DNA of 64,000 bases from Trypanosoma brucei (taxonomy: Eukaryota): assembly GCA_000002445.1 (NCBI GenBank), contig CP000071.1:1792001-1856000 (forward strand), written 5' to 3'. A model generated the notes under the pieces. The model ran no database searches. It worked only from the letters and a program-made list of their open reading frames with translations, and was not told where the DNA came from. The translations under genes were made by a program, and so were the position numbers. Shown in pieces: positions 1-10,669 of the stretch (its first letter is position 1; each line of letters opens with the position of its first letter).

Positions 1-741
1 TGCGGCGGTAGAAATAGCAACAGGCGCCTCAGTGACCTTTTTTGCTTCAATTTCTCCACGGAGCAATGGTTCGAGTGCCCACAGCTCGGCACGAGACCAA
101 CTGCCCGCTCCGCCCACGCTGCTTTTACGTGTGGACGGAATATGATTGTATTTGGTGGTCGTAATGCCGATGGCGAGTGCTGTGAGGATATGTACTCGTA
201 CAATTATGACACGTTTATGTGGCGAAAGATTGAAGTGCCCAACGGTGGAGCATTTTTGGGGCGGGCACGTAACAGCGTTGTAGTGCATCACGGCAGGGTA
301 GTGGTCTTCGGCGGGTGGAATGGCCGCAAGAAGCTCAATGATCTCTTTACTTATTTGGTAGACGCTAACATGGTGGAATTGTCACGTGATATGGAGGAGA
401 ATTGCCCCTCACGACGGGAGTGCCACGTGGCAGTGGTTTGCAAGAATACGATGATAGTGTTCGGTGGGCGGTTCCGTGGAGACTTCATGTCTGACACAGC
501 AGAGCTTGATTTGGGGCCTAAGTCACTGAAACAAATGTGCAGAGATTGGATTCTCGACGGCACCCTGTGCGATGATGACGATTCCACGGGCCTCAAACCC
601 TTGACGCAAGGGCTTCGGCGGTTCGTTATAAGGTGGAAGGAACTGACAACGAAAACAGATCCCAATTATAAGAAACCGCAGTCGACGTATGGCCTTCATA
701 CTGAAGCACTCTCATCTGACAGCAACTCTCAGCATGAATGA
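1..741 (+). CDS. Kelch-repeat protein, C-terminal portion (5' end upstream of window)
   Basis: Frame 1 is open from position 1 to the TGA at 739-741. Kelch blade signatures recur about every 50 aa (…NMIVFGGRN…, …RVVVFGGWNG…, …NTMIVFGGR…). The track ORF 142-741 is the downstream part of the same frame. Confidence 0.6.
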   Translation, partial: CGGRNSNRRLSDLFCFNFSTEQWFECPQLGTRPTARSAHAAFTCGRNMIVFGGRNADGECCEDMYSYNYDTFMWRKIEVPNGGAFLGRARNSVVVHHGRVVVFGGWNGRKKLNDLFTYLVDANMVELSRDMEENCPSRRECHVAVVCKNTMIVFGGRFRGDFMSDTAELDLGPKSLKQMCRDWILDGTLCDDDDSTGLKPLTQGLRRFVIRWKELTTKTDPNYKKPQSTYGLHTEALSSDSNSQHE

Positions 742-1584
742 GTTGTATGAAAGGTATAAGTAATACACAGGCGCATACGATCCAAGCACAGGTATGTGTG
801 GATGGCATATGAGAGAGGTGAAAAGCGTGAGGGAGAGTACGCCAGCATTTGAAAATAACGGCTGTTTGCTTTCATGGTCCTCTTTTCCTCCCTTGTTATT
901 ACCATCTCCCTTCAACCATTCCTTCTTCACAGCAGTTACATGCCCCGTGCACATTACTTTTAGCTTTTTGTGTGTGCGCAGTAGAGTGAATGGGTGCATG
1001 GGAAGGTGAGGAGGGGGAGTGGGAAAATGCTGCGAGCAGGATCGGAAGCCACATCGCTGGATTGCGCCTTTCTTGTTTTTTGTTTTGTTTTTTTGTAAAA
1101 AAAAAAAAAAGAAGAAGGGGAGGAGGGAGAAAAACAAAAAAGGCAAAGGAAGGGAGGGCGCACACAATGTTGTTTCAGCGCTCGGCCCACGTTAATAAGT
1201 CACATGTCCGACTGTGCGTAGATGTGCGTATGCCGACGGCATTAGCAGAGTTGGTGGAATCGTTTTTATGTCATGGTAGAATGTCGACGAAGTATATATA
1301 CTATTGGATTGCGCATATTTTATTTCCTTACATATTCCAGATCTATCTCTTTATACATTTTCTTTCTTTCAATTGTAAAAAAAGGGGGGAGGGAGAAGAA
1401 GAAAAGAAAAGAAAAGAAAAGGAGGCGGAATGTAAATTTACGCAATTATGGGGGAAAAGAGAGGGATAAACAAGCAAACAGGAGAAAGGAATGGTTGGTG
1501 AGGTGAAGGGAACTGCAAAACGAAAAGAAAAAAAAGGAAAAATTGTGTAGAATGTGAAATGAGGGAAATTTGTGTATACGTATG

Positions 1585-1622
1585 TATATATATATATATA
1601 TACATTTATTTATTTATTTATG
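1585..1622. repeat. (TA)9 followed by (TTTA)4 microsatellite
   Basis: tatatatatatatatatacatttatttatttattta. Confidence 0.8.
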
Positions 1623-3535
1623 GGAGGGGGGGTGGTACAGCCACTATCATGAGTTTGTTCTTATGGAAAGAAGGGCAAGTCAGGTGAAAGGAGTTTTTGT
1701 TTTTGTTTTTGTTTTGTTTCTAATGTGTGCGCCAAAAGGTGTACGGGTGCTGGTGGGCGCGGGAAGAGGAAAAAGGGAAAAGGGAAAGTGGTGGATTCCC
1801 ATTCATTGAAAGAAGAGGAGAAGGAGAGCCAAACACGGCTCCCACGTTTTGCGTTTCTGTTGTGATGTGAAGATACACATGTTATTATACCCTAGTCTTG
1901 TACTTCTTTTTTGTTTCCGTATCATTTACCTTGAAAAGGTGAAGAAAAAGAAAAGGGAATTAACAATATAAGAATGTGGCATACTCTTTGCGTCTCCCTC
2001 TCTTCCCCATTGTTTCCTAACCTACTCGCCCACCTGATTTGCCTTCCCCCTCCCTTCGGACTTTGAGTCTGACGTTTTCAGTTCGATCCTCTTATGTTGC
2101 ATTCTTCTCATTTTTTTTTCTTTCCTGAGGGCGGGGAATAGCGGGGTGAAAATGTTTCGTACATGTGAGGCACGTGACGAATTAACTGCAGGAGAAAATA
2201 GTGGTAAGATGACAAAGGAGAAAATCCTAGTGAATTAGTGGACCCTGATCCAGGGGTCTTAGTGTTGTCATTCTTTTTTTTGTTTTTTTTTGATCTCTCC
2301 TCATCGTCATTTTGTTTCATGTTCGTATCTTGTCCGCGTTGAAACTTGCAACGCCGCAAACCCCCACAAGCCCCCACACACATACGTTGGTAATGTAATG
2401 TTGTGTTGCACATCTTTCGGTTCTGCATGCGGAGCTCTCTCTCTCTCTTTCTTTTTTCTTTTATTCTGTGCCCCTTTGGTTATTTTTAATTTCGTCTTTC
2501 TTCTTTTTGGAGCGTTTGCCGCGCGCTTCTCTCCCTCCCGTCTCCCCCTCATCTTTTGGTTCGGTTTACTTTCCCCTCTCTTTATGCGCAAAAATCCCTA
2601 AATTTTTTCCTTTTCCTCTTCGGGCGCAGCCGGGAGGATTGTCACACGTGGGCGCAAAGACTTACCCTTTTACTCATATATATATATATATATATGTGCT
2701 TTAACTCTGTTTTGTACGTGTGCCTCTTTTTTGTGTTCCCATCGCTGCACTTCCCTAATCCCTCTTGTGCGCGTTTTGGGGATGATATGGGAGGTTTCGT
2801 GTCATCGAGTAGGTGAAAGGAATACGGGATGTGACTCGCCCGATTCACTTCTATCCCTTTCGCTTTCAGGTGGTCACATTCTTGACGGCATGTCGGCGCA
2901 AAAAAGAAAAAAGAAAAAAAAAAGAGCGCACACACATGTACACGCATCACATCGCCACTGGGGGAAGATCGATTGGTGATGTTATGTGCCGGACGGAAGG
3001 GAAAGAAGGGGAAGCTAAAATAAAAGTATGACTTTAAAGCGATGAAAACACGTGTTAGTCTTCGAGTGGGTGGTGTTCAGGTGGAAAGCTATGCGACTGT
3101 TTGCTGATTATTTCGGTTTCTTCCTCTGTCGTTACTACTACTGCTGTTATCGACGTTGTTGTTGCTGTTGTCGCCTCCACTTCTTCTGCTTTAACTTGGT
3201 GCCCACTTCCCTTTTTCTCCCTTTCCTTTTTGCCCTACTGTCATAAGTCTAAACAGGAACAACTATCACCACCACCATTGCTACTCGAGGTGTAGCTTGA
3301 TCTGTCAACCACCATGGAACGCTCGAAGCACGTAACATCAAATTAGCAAAAAAAATTAACTTGGAAATGGTGTTCCCCCCCTTATCTAAGAGCAAATATT
3401 ATTGACAAGGTTGTTGTGTTACTTGAAGGCGGCTAATAGTTGCGATGGCTGCTATTCCTATACTTGATATGTTACTGCTTTATGCAAACTCTGCTCTTCT
3501 TGACTTATAACTTGTTTCGATTTCTTTATTTATAA

Positions 3536-3560
3536 TAATCTCCATTCTTTTTTTTTTCGT
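3536..3560 (+). promoter_or_regulatory. Polypyrimidine tract upstream of RPS8 copy 1 (candidate SL-acceptor signal)
   Basis: ctccattcttttttttttcg followed by AG dinucleotides before the ATG at 3601. Confidence 0.5.
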
Positions 3561-3600
3561 GACTAACACAATTGCAACAAGAGTAGGAGAGACCGAAACC

Positions 3601-4263
3601 ATGGGAATCGTTCGTAGCCGTCTGCACAAGCGGAAGATCACCGGTGGAAAGACCAAGATCCACCGGAAGCGCATGAAGGCTGAGCTTGGCCGTCTTCCCG
3701 CTAACACGAAGCTCGGTCCTCGCCGCGTCAGTCCCGTGCGTGCCCGCGGTGGTAACTTTAAGCTCCGCGGCTTGCGTCTCGACACCGGCAACTTCGCGTG
3801 GGGAACTGAAGCTTCTGCCCAGCGTGCTCGTATTCTTGACGTTGTATACAACGCTACATCTAATGAGCTTGTGCGTACGAAGACGCTCGTTAAGAACTGC
3901 ATTGTGGTTGTGGATGCAGCGCCCTTCAGGCTTTGGTATGCCAAACACTACGGTATCGACCTTGGCGCTTCCAAGTCGAAGAAAGCTACGCAGAAATCGA
4001 CAGAAAAGAAGTCCAAGAAGAGTGCTCACGCCGCTGTTGAAAAGTATGACGTGAAGAAGGCGTCCAGCAAGCTGAAGCGCAAGTGGGAATACCGGAGGAA
4101 GCACCACAAGATTGAGAAGGCATTGGCTGATCAGTTGCGTGAGGGTCGTCTTCTCGCCCGCATCACGAGCCGCCCAGGTCAAACTGGCCGTGCGGACGGT
4201 GCGCTTCTGGAGGGCGCTGAGTTGCAGTTCTACCTGAAGAAGCTCGACAAGAAGAAGCGTTAG
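3601..4263 (+). CDS. RPS8: 40S ribosomal protein S8 (S8e), copy 1
   Basis: The 220-aa translation MGIVRSRLHKRKITGGKTKIHRKRMKAELGRLPANTKLGPRRVSPVRARGGNFKLRGLRL…KKR is diagnostic of eukaryotic S8e. The ATG sits in an accATGG context. The track start at 3559 is a GTG. Strong GC3 codon bias. Confidence 0.9.
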   Translation: MGIVRSRLHKRKITGGKTKIHRKRMKAELGRLPANTKLGPRRVSPVRARGGNFKLRGLRLDTGNFAWGTEASAQRARILDVVYNATSNELVRTKTLVKNCIVVVDAAPFRLWYAKHYGIDLGASKSKKATQKSTEKKSKKSAHAAVEKYDVKKASSKLKRKWEYRRKHHKIEKALADQLREGRLLARITSRPGQTGRADGALLEGAELQFYLKKLDKKKR

Positions 4264-4602
4264 GAGGCGTTATGAAACCATGGTATCTTGTTTGGGCGCT
4301 CACCCGCTCGTATTTTTGTTTTTTTCTCTTTTCGTAAATCATTTACGTCGGTACTTTTTATCTTTATCACTAATGACTGTTTTAAACGTAACAGACATAT
4401 GATAAGATAATTTCGGTGCTTTGTGTGGATGGGCCGGCCTCTAAAGGCGGCTTATCATCGGAAGATACTAACATGTTATAGTGGCATTCTTGCCGGGTTA
4501 CATACGCATTGTCCCCTTTCTTTTCTACATTTTTTTCCTTCGTCACTGCACCCACTACTTGGTAATTAAAACCTTTAAAACAAATAATTGACAAAAGAAA
4601 CC

Positions 4603-5265
4603 ATGGGAATCGTTCGTAGCCGTCTGCACAAGCGGAAGATCACCGGTGGAAAGACCAAGATCCACCGGAAGCGCATGAAGGCTGAGCTTGGCCGTCTTCC
4701 CGCTAACACGAAGCTCGGTCCTCGCCGCGTCAGTCCCGTGCGTGCCCGCGGTGGTAACTTTAAGCTTCGCGGCTTGCGTCTCGACACCGGAAACTTCGCG
4801 TGGGGAACTGAAGCTTCTGCCCAGCGTGCTCGTATTCTTGACGTTGTATACAACGCTACATCTAATGAGCTTGTGCGTACGAAGACGCTCGTTAAGAACT
4901 GCATTGTGGTTGTGGATGCAGCGCCCTTCAGGCTTTGGTATGCCAAACACTACGGTATCGACCTTGGCGCTTCCAAGTCGAAGAAAGCTACGCAGAAATC
5001 GACAGAAAAGAAGTCCAAGAAGAGTGCTCACGCCGCTGTTGAAAAGTATGACGTGAAGAAGGCGTCCAGCAAGCTGAAGCGCAAGTGGGAATACCGGAGG
5101 AAGCACCACAAGATTGAGAAGGCATTGGCTGATCAGTTGCGTGAGGGTCGTCTTCTCGCCCGCATCACGAGCCGCCCAGGTCAAACTGGCCGTGCGGACG
5201 GTGCGCTTCTGGAGGGCGCTGAGTTGCAGTTCTACCTGAAGAAGCTCGACAAGAAGAAGCGTTAG
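4603..5265 (+). CDS. RPS8: 40S ribosomal protein S8 (S8e), copy 2
   Basis: The protein is identical to copy 1. Only two nucleotide differences, both synonymous, separate the two 663-nt CDS. The track start at 4588 is a TTG; the true ATG at 4603 again sits in accATGG. Confidence 0.9.
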   Translation: MGIVRSRLHKRKITGGKTKIHRKRMKAELGRLPANTKLGPRRVSPVRARGGNFKLRGLRLDTGNFAWGTEASAQRARILDVVYNATSNELVRTKTLVKNCIVVVDAAPFRLWYAKHYGIDLGASKSKKATQKSTEKKSKKSAHAAVEKYDVKKASSKLKRKWEYRRKHHKIEKALADQLREGRLLARITSRPGQTGRADGALLEGAELQFYLKKLDKKKR

Positions 5266-5667
5266 GAGGCGTTATGAAACCATGGTATCTTGTTTGGGCA
5301 GTCATTTTGTTTGTTGTTCTTTTTTTTTCTCTCCACTGAAACAATCTGATGCGCCATTTCTTTTTCTCTCATACTTTCAAACAACTTTTGTGACCTCACC
5401 GTTCCTTCGCCCTCCCACAGGGGGAGCAAAGTCTTTTCAACGTTCCGAGGGCATCTATGAACGAAAGGAGTGCAAAAAAATCAGCTGGCTGTTTTCCCCC
5501 TTTTTCCTTTTTCATTCTGTTGATCGTGAACGCGTGTGTGGCGTTGTGAAAATTGCAAAAATAAGGACAGACACGAGCATATACACCAACACACCCGGAA
5601 AAAAAACCTTGTACTTAAAAGGAATATCACGTACTGAACACAGAGCATTGACCAAAGACGATTATTT

Positions 5668-7677
5668 ATGTCGTTTAATGATAACCTGGCCACCAACAGC
5701 ATTCGCTGTCTCGCCGCTGACGGCGTCCAGCAGGCAAAAAGTGGGCACCCGGGTGCGCCTATGGGAATGGCACCTATCGCATATGTTCTGTGGTCTGAAG
5801 TAATGAAGTTTGACAGCAAAGACCCGGAGTGGATCGACCGTGACCGCTTTGTCCTTTCTAACGGGCATGCGTCCATGCTTCAGTATGTCATGCTGCACTT
5901 GAGCGGTTATGATCTTTCCATGGATGATCTCAAAAAGTTCCGTCAGTTGAACTCTCGCACGCCTGGTCATCCCGAACGCGGTGTGACGCCTGGAGTTGAG
6001 GTTACCACCGGTCCACTTGGACAGGGCATTGCTCAAGGCGTTGGACTTGCCATTGCAGAGGCCCAACTGGCGGCAACGTACAACCGTCCAGGCTACAACA
6101 TCATAGATCACTGGACGTATGTGTTCTGTGGTGACGGTTGCCTCATGGAGGGCATCGGGCAAGAGGCTCTTTCTCTTGCGGGTCACCTCGGTCTTGAAAA
6201 ACTGGTCGTTGTGTATGACTCGAACCGTATCAGCATCGATGGAAGCACTGATATTGCCTTCACCGAAGATGCAGCCAAAAAGTACGAGGCACTCGGCTTC
6301 CACGTTATTCCGGTGAGTAATGGGGATTCAGACTTCACTGCACTGCGCGCGGCATTTGCTGAATGCAAGCAAATCAAAGGACGCCCTAAGTTGGTGATAG
6401 TTAACACAACCATCGGGTACGGTTGCCGGTTGGCGGGGTCTGAGAAGGCACATGGTGCACCTCTTGGTGATGACGAAGTGGCACGTGTGAAAGAACAGTT
6501 TGGTCTTGATCCCACCAAGAAATTCCATGTGCAACCGGAGGTTTACGGGATATTCGGTAAGAACGCTGAGAGGGGTGCCTCCCGTCATGAAGAGTGGCGT
6601 GTGCGAATGAGGAAATACACCGAGGAATTTCCACAGGAGGCGGATGCTCTGCAGAACCAACTTGATTTCAAACTGCCCCCCGACTGGAAGTCGAAATTGC
6701 CACTCAATGACAAGTCCATTGCCACGCGGAAGGCTAGTGAGAATGCCCTTGGAGCCCTTTTAACTCTGACCCCAGCTTTGGTAGGTGGTTCCGCAGACCT
6801 ATCTCCCAGCAACCTCACACGCCCGGGTTCAGCCCAGATGGTTGACTTCCAAAAGGACACTCCGCATGGGCGCTACATCCGGTACGGTGTACGTGAGCAT
6901 GCGATGTGCGCTGTCATGAACGGCATGCACGCTCACGGAGGCTTTGTTCCATATGGCGGCACCTTTCTGAATTTCATTGGCTATGCCCTGGGTGCTGTGC
7001 GCCTTGCCTCACTGGCTCACCATCATGTTGTGTACGTGGCTACTCATGATAGTATTGGTGTCGGGGAGGACGGCCCGACTCATCAACCGGTGGAACTGTT
7101 GGCACTGTTGCGTGCCACACCCAACTTATTGGTATTCCGCCCAAGTGACCAGACGGAGACAAGTGCAGCGTGGGCCCTGGCTCTGGAGAACACAAGGGGC
7201 CCGTCCATTCTCTGCTTGAGCAGGCAAAATACCGTGCCGCAGCCGACCTCTAAGCTGGAGGGTGTGGCGAAGGGAGCTTACATCCTGATCCCGGCAGAGA
7301 AGCCGCAGCTCATCATTGTTTCAAGCGGTTCGGAGGTTTCAATTGCAGTTGATGCCGCGAAGGCCCTCAGTTCGGAAGTGCGCACCACCGTTGTGTCGAT
7401 GCCTTGCCAGGAGTTATTTGAGCTGCAGCCAGTTGGATATCAGCAAAAAGTATTCCCTGAAGGCGTGCCTGTTATCTCCATTGAGCCGTTTGTTAGCACG
7501 GGTTGGGAAAGATATTCGCACTACCACATTGGTATGGAGGGCTTCGGTGCCTCTGCGCCAGCCGATCAACTGTACGAGTACTTCAACATCACCGTTAATC
7601 ATGCCGTTGAGGTTGGCCGAAAGCTCGCCAAGAAGTACGTAGGGGGTACAGCGCCAGCGAAGCGGTCCCATTTGTGA
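5668..7677 (+). CDS. TKT: Transketolase (thiamine-diphosphate dependent), C-terminal PTS1 -SHL
   Basis: 669 aa. N-terminal GHPG thiamine-diphosphate pocket (…AKSGHPGAPMGMAPIAYVLW…). Core GDGCLMEGI TPP-binding motif. Full-length colinearity with eukaryotic transketolases. Ends …AKRSHL. Confidence 0.93.
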   Translation: MSFNDNLATNSIRCLAADGVQQAKSGHPGAPMGMAPIAYVLWSEVMKFDSKDPEWIDRDRFVLSNGHASMLQYVMLHLSGYDLSMDDLKKFRQLNSRTPGHPERGVTPGVEVTTGPLGQGIAQGVGLAIAEAQLAATYNRPGYNIIDHWTYVFCGDGCLMEGIGQEALSLAGHLGLEKLVVVYDSNRISIDGSTDIAFTEDAAKKYEALGFHVIPVSNGDSDFTALRAAFAECKQIKGRPKLVIVNTTIGYGCRLAGSEKAHGAPLGDDEVARVKEQFGLDPTKKFHVQPEVYGIFGKNAERGASRHEEWRVRMRKYTEEFPQEADALQNQLDFKLPPDWKSKLPLNDKSIATRKASENALGALLTLTPALVGGSADLSPSNLTRPGSAQMVDFQKDTPHGRYIRYGVREHAMCAVMNGMHAHGGFVPYGGTFLNFIGYALGAVRLASLAHHHVVYVATHDSIGVGEDGPTHQPVELLALLRATPNLLVFRPSDQTETSAAWALALENTRGPSILCLSRQNTVPQPTSKLEGVAKGAYILIPAEKPQLIIVSSGSEVSIAVDAAKALSSEVRTTVVSMPCQELFELQPVGYQQKVFPEGVPVISIEPFVSTGWERYSHYHIGMEGFGASAPADQLYEYFNITVNHAVEVGRKLAKKYVGGTAPAKRSHL

Positions 7678-8614
7678 GGTGGAGTGTTTGCCTTGTGAAC
7701 GTGCCATGCACGCACGCCCATCGAAGTTCAATCTTGTTTTATGTCGTCATACGTACGTATAAGTTGTTTTATTTATTTTTTAAAAATCCTAACGTCTACA
7801 CGTTTTCCTTGCTTAATGGTTTGCTTTTGCCATGTTTTATCGACAATTATCTTCACCACCACCATCATTCCAGGGCTGGAAGGCTCTGTGTATGCGCACC
7901 CGGTTGCCACCCATTGGAGGGAACATATCTGTGGAATATGGGCGGCAAGACGCAAAACCAAGAAAACAGGAGAAGGGGAAAGATTATGATTCATGTGCTT
8001 GCTGTTACAACCAATATAATTACGATGGAAGCATCATTAAAGGGTGTAACTGGAAGAAACTGAGGAAGTGAACGAACTCAATTAAGAAAGGGGTAAACAA
8101 TGTAGACATGGGCGGGGAAAGGGAGAGGAGCGAGGTTGTGTGCAATACATTTCGTTCGTTAGGCACACAAAACGATTCAGTTTATGTATTTTTTTTCTTC
8201 TTTTGATTTTGTTGATTTATTATCGAAGTACACCTTTGTTGCTTTCGCTTTTGACTATTATGCTAGCGCTGAGGAGTTAACTGAGCGTCACGAGTTTAGC
8301 GCCTATTAAACTGTCTATTTTTTCTGTTTAATTATATTTTTCATTTCTACTCTCCTTTCCTTCAGCCCCTGCACACACTCCTTTGGGGAGCAGTAGGGAC
8401 GGAAAGGATTAGCGATGCGTTTTTTTTTTCCTTTTTTGATTCTCCAGGAAAACGGAGGAAACCGACTTCCATGTGTTCAAATGAATACATGAGGTTTGTG
8501 TAAGCCAGAAGGAGGCACGTCCAGGTTTGCGGTTGCCTCTTACATCAATCTGTTCCACCACGGAATGCTGCTGCAGCCATCGCAGTAGTTAACTTTGCAT
8601 GTTGTAATTGGCTG

Positions 8615-8700
8615 CAACCTCTTGTCGTATTTTCTCCCTTCCTCCCTTCCCTCTTTCTTTTTTCTTTTTTGTCTTTCCCTTTCGCCTCTTAACTTTATGC
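8615..8700 (+). promoter_or_regulatory. Polypyrimidine tract plus downstream AG: candidate trans-splicing/polyadenylation signal for RPL26
   Basis: cttgtcgtattttctcccttcctcccttccctctttcttttttcttttttgtctttccctttcgcctctt lies about 50 nt upstream of the ATG. In trypanosomatids such tracts direct SL addition and upstream polyadenylation. Confidence 0.55.
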
Positions 8701-8752
8701 ATCTGGCAATCGGTATTATCATCTTCCTTTAGCGCCGCACAATCAACCATAT

Positions 8753-9184
8753 ATGGTCGGCATTAAGTGTAGGAACCGCCGAAAGGCCCGTCGCGCACAC
8801 TTCCAAGCGCCCAGTCATGTCCGCCGCATCCTCATGAGTGCCCCACTCTCTAAGGAGCTACGCGCCAAGTACAACGTGCGCTCGATGCCTGTGCGTAAAG
8901 ACGACGAGGTGCGTGTTAAGCGTGGGAAATTCAAGGGCCGTGAGGGCAGAGTCACCGCATGCTACCGCCTCAAGTGGGTTATTCACATTGACAAGGTGAG
9001 TTGCGAGAAGGCGAATGGCACCACTGTTCCCGTCGGTGTACACACCTCCAACGTGGAGATCACGAAACTGAAGCTCAACACCAGGCGGAAGGCAATCCTC
9101 GAGCGCAAGGACCGCAGCACAAAGGCCGACAAATCGAAGGGTAAAGTTACCGCCGCTGAGAAGGCCATGCAGCAAATGGACTAA
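8753..9184 (+). CDS. RPL26: 60S ribosomal protein L26 (uL24 family, KOW domain)
   Basis: 143 aa. [67 protein letters not shown]… matches L26/uL24. Strong polypyrimidine tract upstream at 8615-8700. Confidence 0.85.
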   Translation: MVGIKCRNRRKARRAHFQAPSHVRRILMSAPLSKELRAKYNVRSMPVRKDDEVRVKRGKFKGREGRVTACYRLKWVIHIDKVSCEKANGTTVPVGVHTSNVEITKLKLNTRRKAILERKDRSTKADKSKGKVTAAEKAMQQMD

Positions 9185-9628
9185 GCGAATCAAAGGAAAA
9201 CCAGAGGCCCTACCAGCAGTGCCAAATTGGAAATCAATAACCCGAAGGGTGGGGAAGCGGCGAACTTTGGAAGACTGTAAACCAAGATTGGTTGCGTAGT
9301 GTGCTGCGTTTGCTTTTTTTTTCTTTCGTTTTTATTTCTTAAATAATGTCGTTTTTTCATTTTCATGAAAGCTGACAAATTATTTTAAACAAAAAATAAA
9401 GGGAAAGGGGGAAATGAGTTTCCTTCATATCCAATGCATGTTATGGGATACCGCCATTTCTTACGGCACGCAGCAGTTGTTGCTCAATCACTGTGAAATC
9501 TTCTTTCTTTTTTTTTTCCACCTGCCTTCACGCTACAACACATAAATCATTTCGCTATGGCGTATATTTTGTCCATGTGCGTGGCAGAGAAGCAAAAGGA
9601 AGAAGGATAGGCCCAACCACTTCCGGCA

Positions 9629-9892
9629 ATGTTTCGCATGACTCGGCTGCGCATGGCCATTACTGCAGCTGATATTGAGGCGAAACTAAGAAACAGCGAG
9701 AAACTCAAACCCGTGCATGGCGTAAAAGTAGTGGACGTGAGCGGTGGTTGCGGGAGTTTCTTCAACATCACGGTAACATCTGCAGCATTCCGTGACCGGT
9801 CGTTGGTGCAGCAACATCGTCTGGTAAATGAAGTGCTGAAGGGAGAAATTCCCCTGATTCATGGTTTTTCACTCACGACTAAGGTGGAATGA
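9629..9892 (+). CDS. BolA-like protein with a possible basic N-terminal mitochondrial presequence
   Basis: 87 aa. BolA fold signatures: …KLKPVHGVKVVDVSGGCGSFFNITVTSAAFRDRSLVQQHRLVNEVLKGEIPLIHGFSLTT. The N-terminus MFRMTRLRM is basic and lacks acidic residues. Confidence 0.6.
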   Translation: MFRMTRLRMAITAADIEAKLRNSEKLKPVHGVKVVDVSGGCGSFFNITVTSAAFRDRSLVQQHRLVNEVLKGEIPLIHGFSLTTKVE

Positions 9893-10669
9893 GAATGGAG
9901 GCGGAGGATGGCAAAATAAATAGAGAAAGAACACATGGAAAAGCAGAGCAGTGCCTTGTTTGTGCACGTATCGCTGTGTGTTTGGAAATTTTTGTCCGTA
10001 GTTGAGAGAATTCAGCCCCTCCTTTTCCTCTCACCTGTGCTTCGACTTCAATTCACAATGCCATTTTCTACCTTCGGTTAATGGCATGTGCGGAAGTTGC
10101 CTTTGGGATGCTGCCGCTTCTAATCATCATTATCATCACTGTTTATCGTTATCTATTGATGCATTTTAAACGGTACGCAATGGCTTATATGTTCCACAAA
10201 GCAGTGGGATCGAAGAGGAATAGGCACGTCATTACATGAGTTATGGACTGAATTTGCGCTTGTTTGTGCTGCCATTCGCTGACTTTTTTGTGCGTGTTTG
10301 TGAGAGAGTTTGTCGGCACGAAAGATGAATGAGTGGTGGCCTTCAGGCGTTAACATCATCAACCATCAGCGTTGTTATCATCATTATTGCTATCGTTGTA
10401 TAATTGGTTTTTTGTTCTTGTTTTTGTTTTCGTTGTTGTTTTGATTCACGACCTGTCGGGTGACACACATTGGCAACAAAATGCAGCGTTCGATGATATG
10501 AAGAGACGGGCTGCAAAACCTTTCCTTTGGAAAGAGATTCTGTACTTTGTGAAAAGTGCGATTAGGGCACTGTTGTAACCAACACCTCGGCCAAGCACTG
10601 AAGATTGGTGAATTAAAGTGACGAAAGAAAAGAAGTAACAAAGTTAAATGAACTGACCTTCTTCACGTC

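Larger units (their letters stand above)
3595..5299 (+). repeat. Segmental tandem duplication carrying the two RPS8 genes (period 1002 bp; homology limited to the CDS plus 6 nt upstream and 34 nt downstream)
   Basis: Direct comparison of 3595-4297 with 4597-5299 gives near identity. The flanks beyond those limits are unrelated. Confidence 0.85.

Noticed and set aside
990-3300. Many 60-160 aa ORFs on both strands in the spacer before RPS8 (e.g. 990-1469, 712-1167, 2108-2428)
   Set aside because: They translate homopolymers and microsatellites (poly-K, poly-F, poly-E) and have no protein-like composition.
3480-5184. Long minus-strand ORFs (3526-4182, 3480-3944, 4555-5184, 4575-4946) overlapping both RPS8 copies
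   Set aside because: They are exact antisense images of a strongly GC3-biased, highly expressed gene, and they are duplicated only because RPS8 is duplicated. There are no independent start or trans-splicing signals. This is the typical codon-bias artefact.
5662-6660. Minus-strand ORFs (5662-6303 of 213 aa, 6183-6518, 6328-6660) inside transketolase
   Set aside because: Antisense of a confidently identified enzyme gene; low-complexity, non-protein-like translation.
10485-10615. Possible C/D snoRNA-like arrangement (gatgatatga … ctga about 110 nt apart) in the BolA-TBCD spacer
   Set aside because: The C box does not match RUGAUGA well, there is no terminal stem, and I could see no rRNA guide complementarity. 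That is too weak to call. A snoRNA scan or small-RNA-seq would be decisive.
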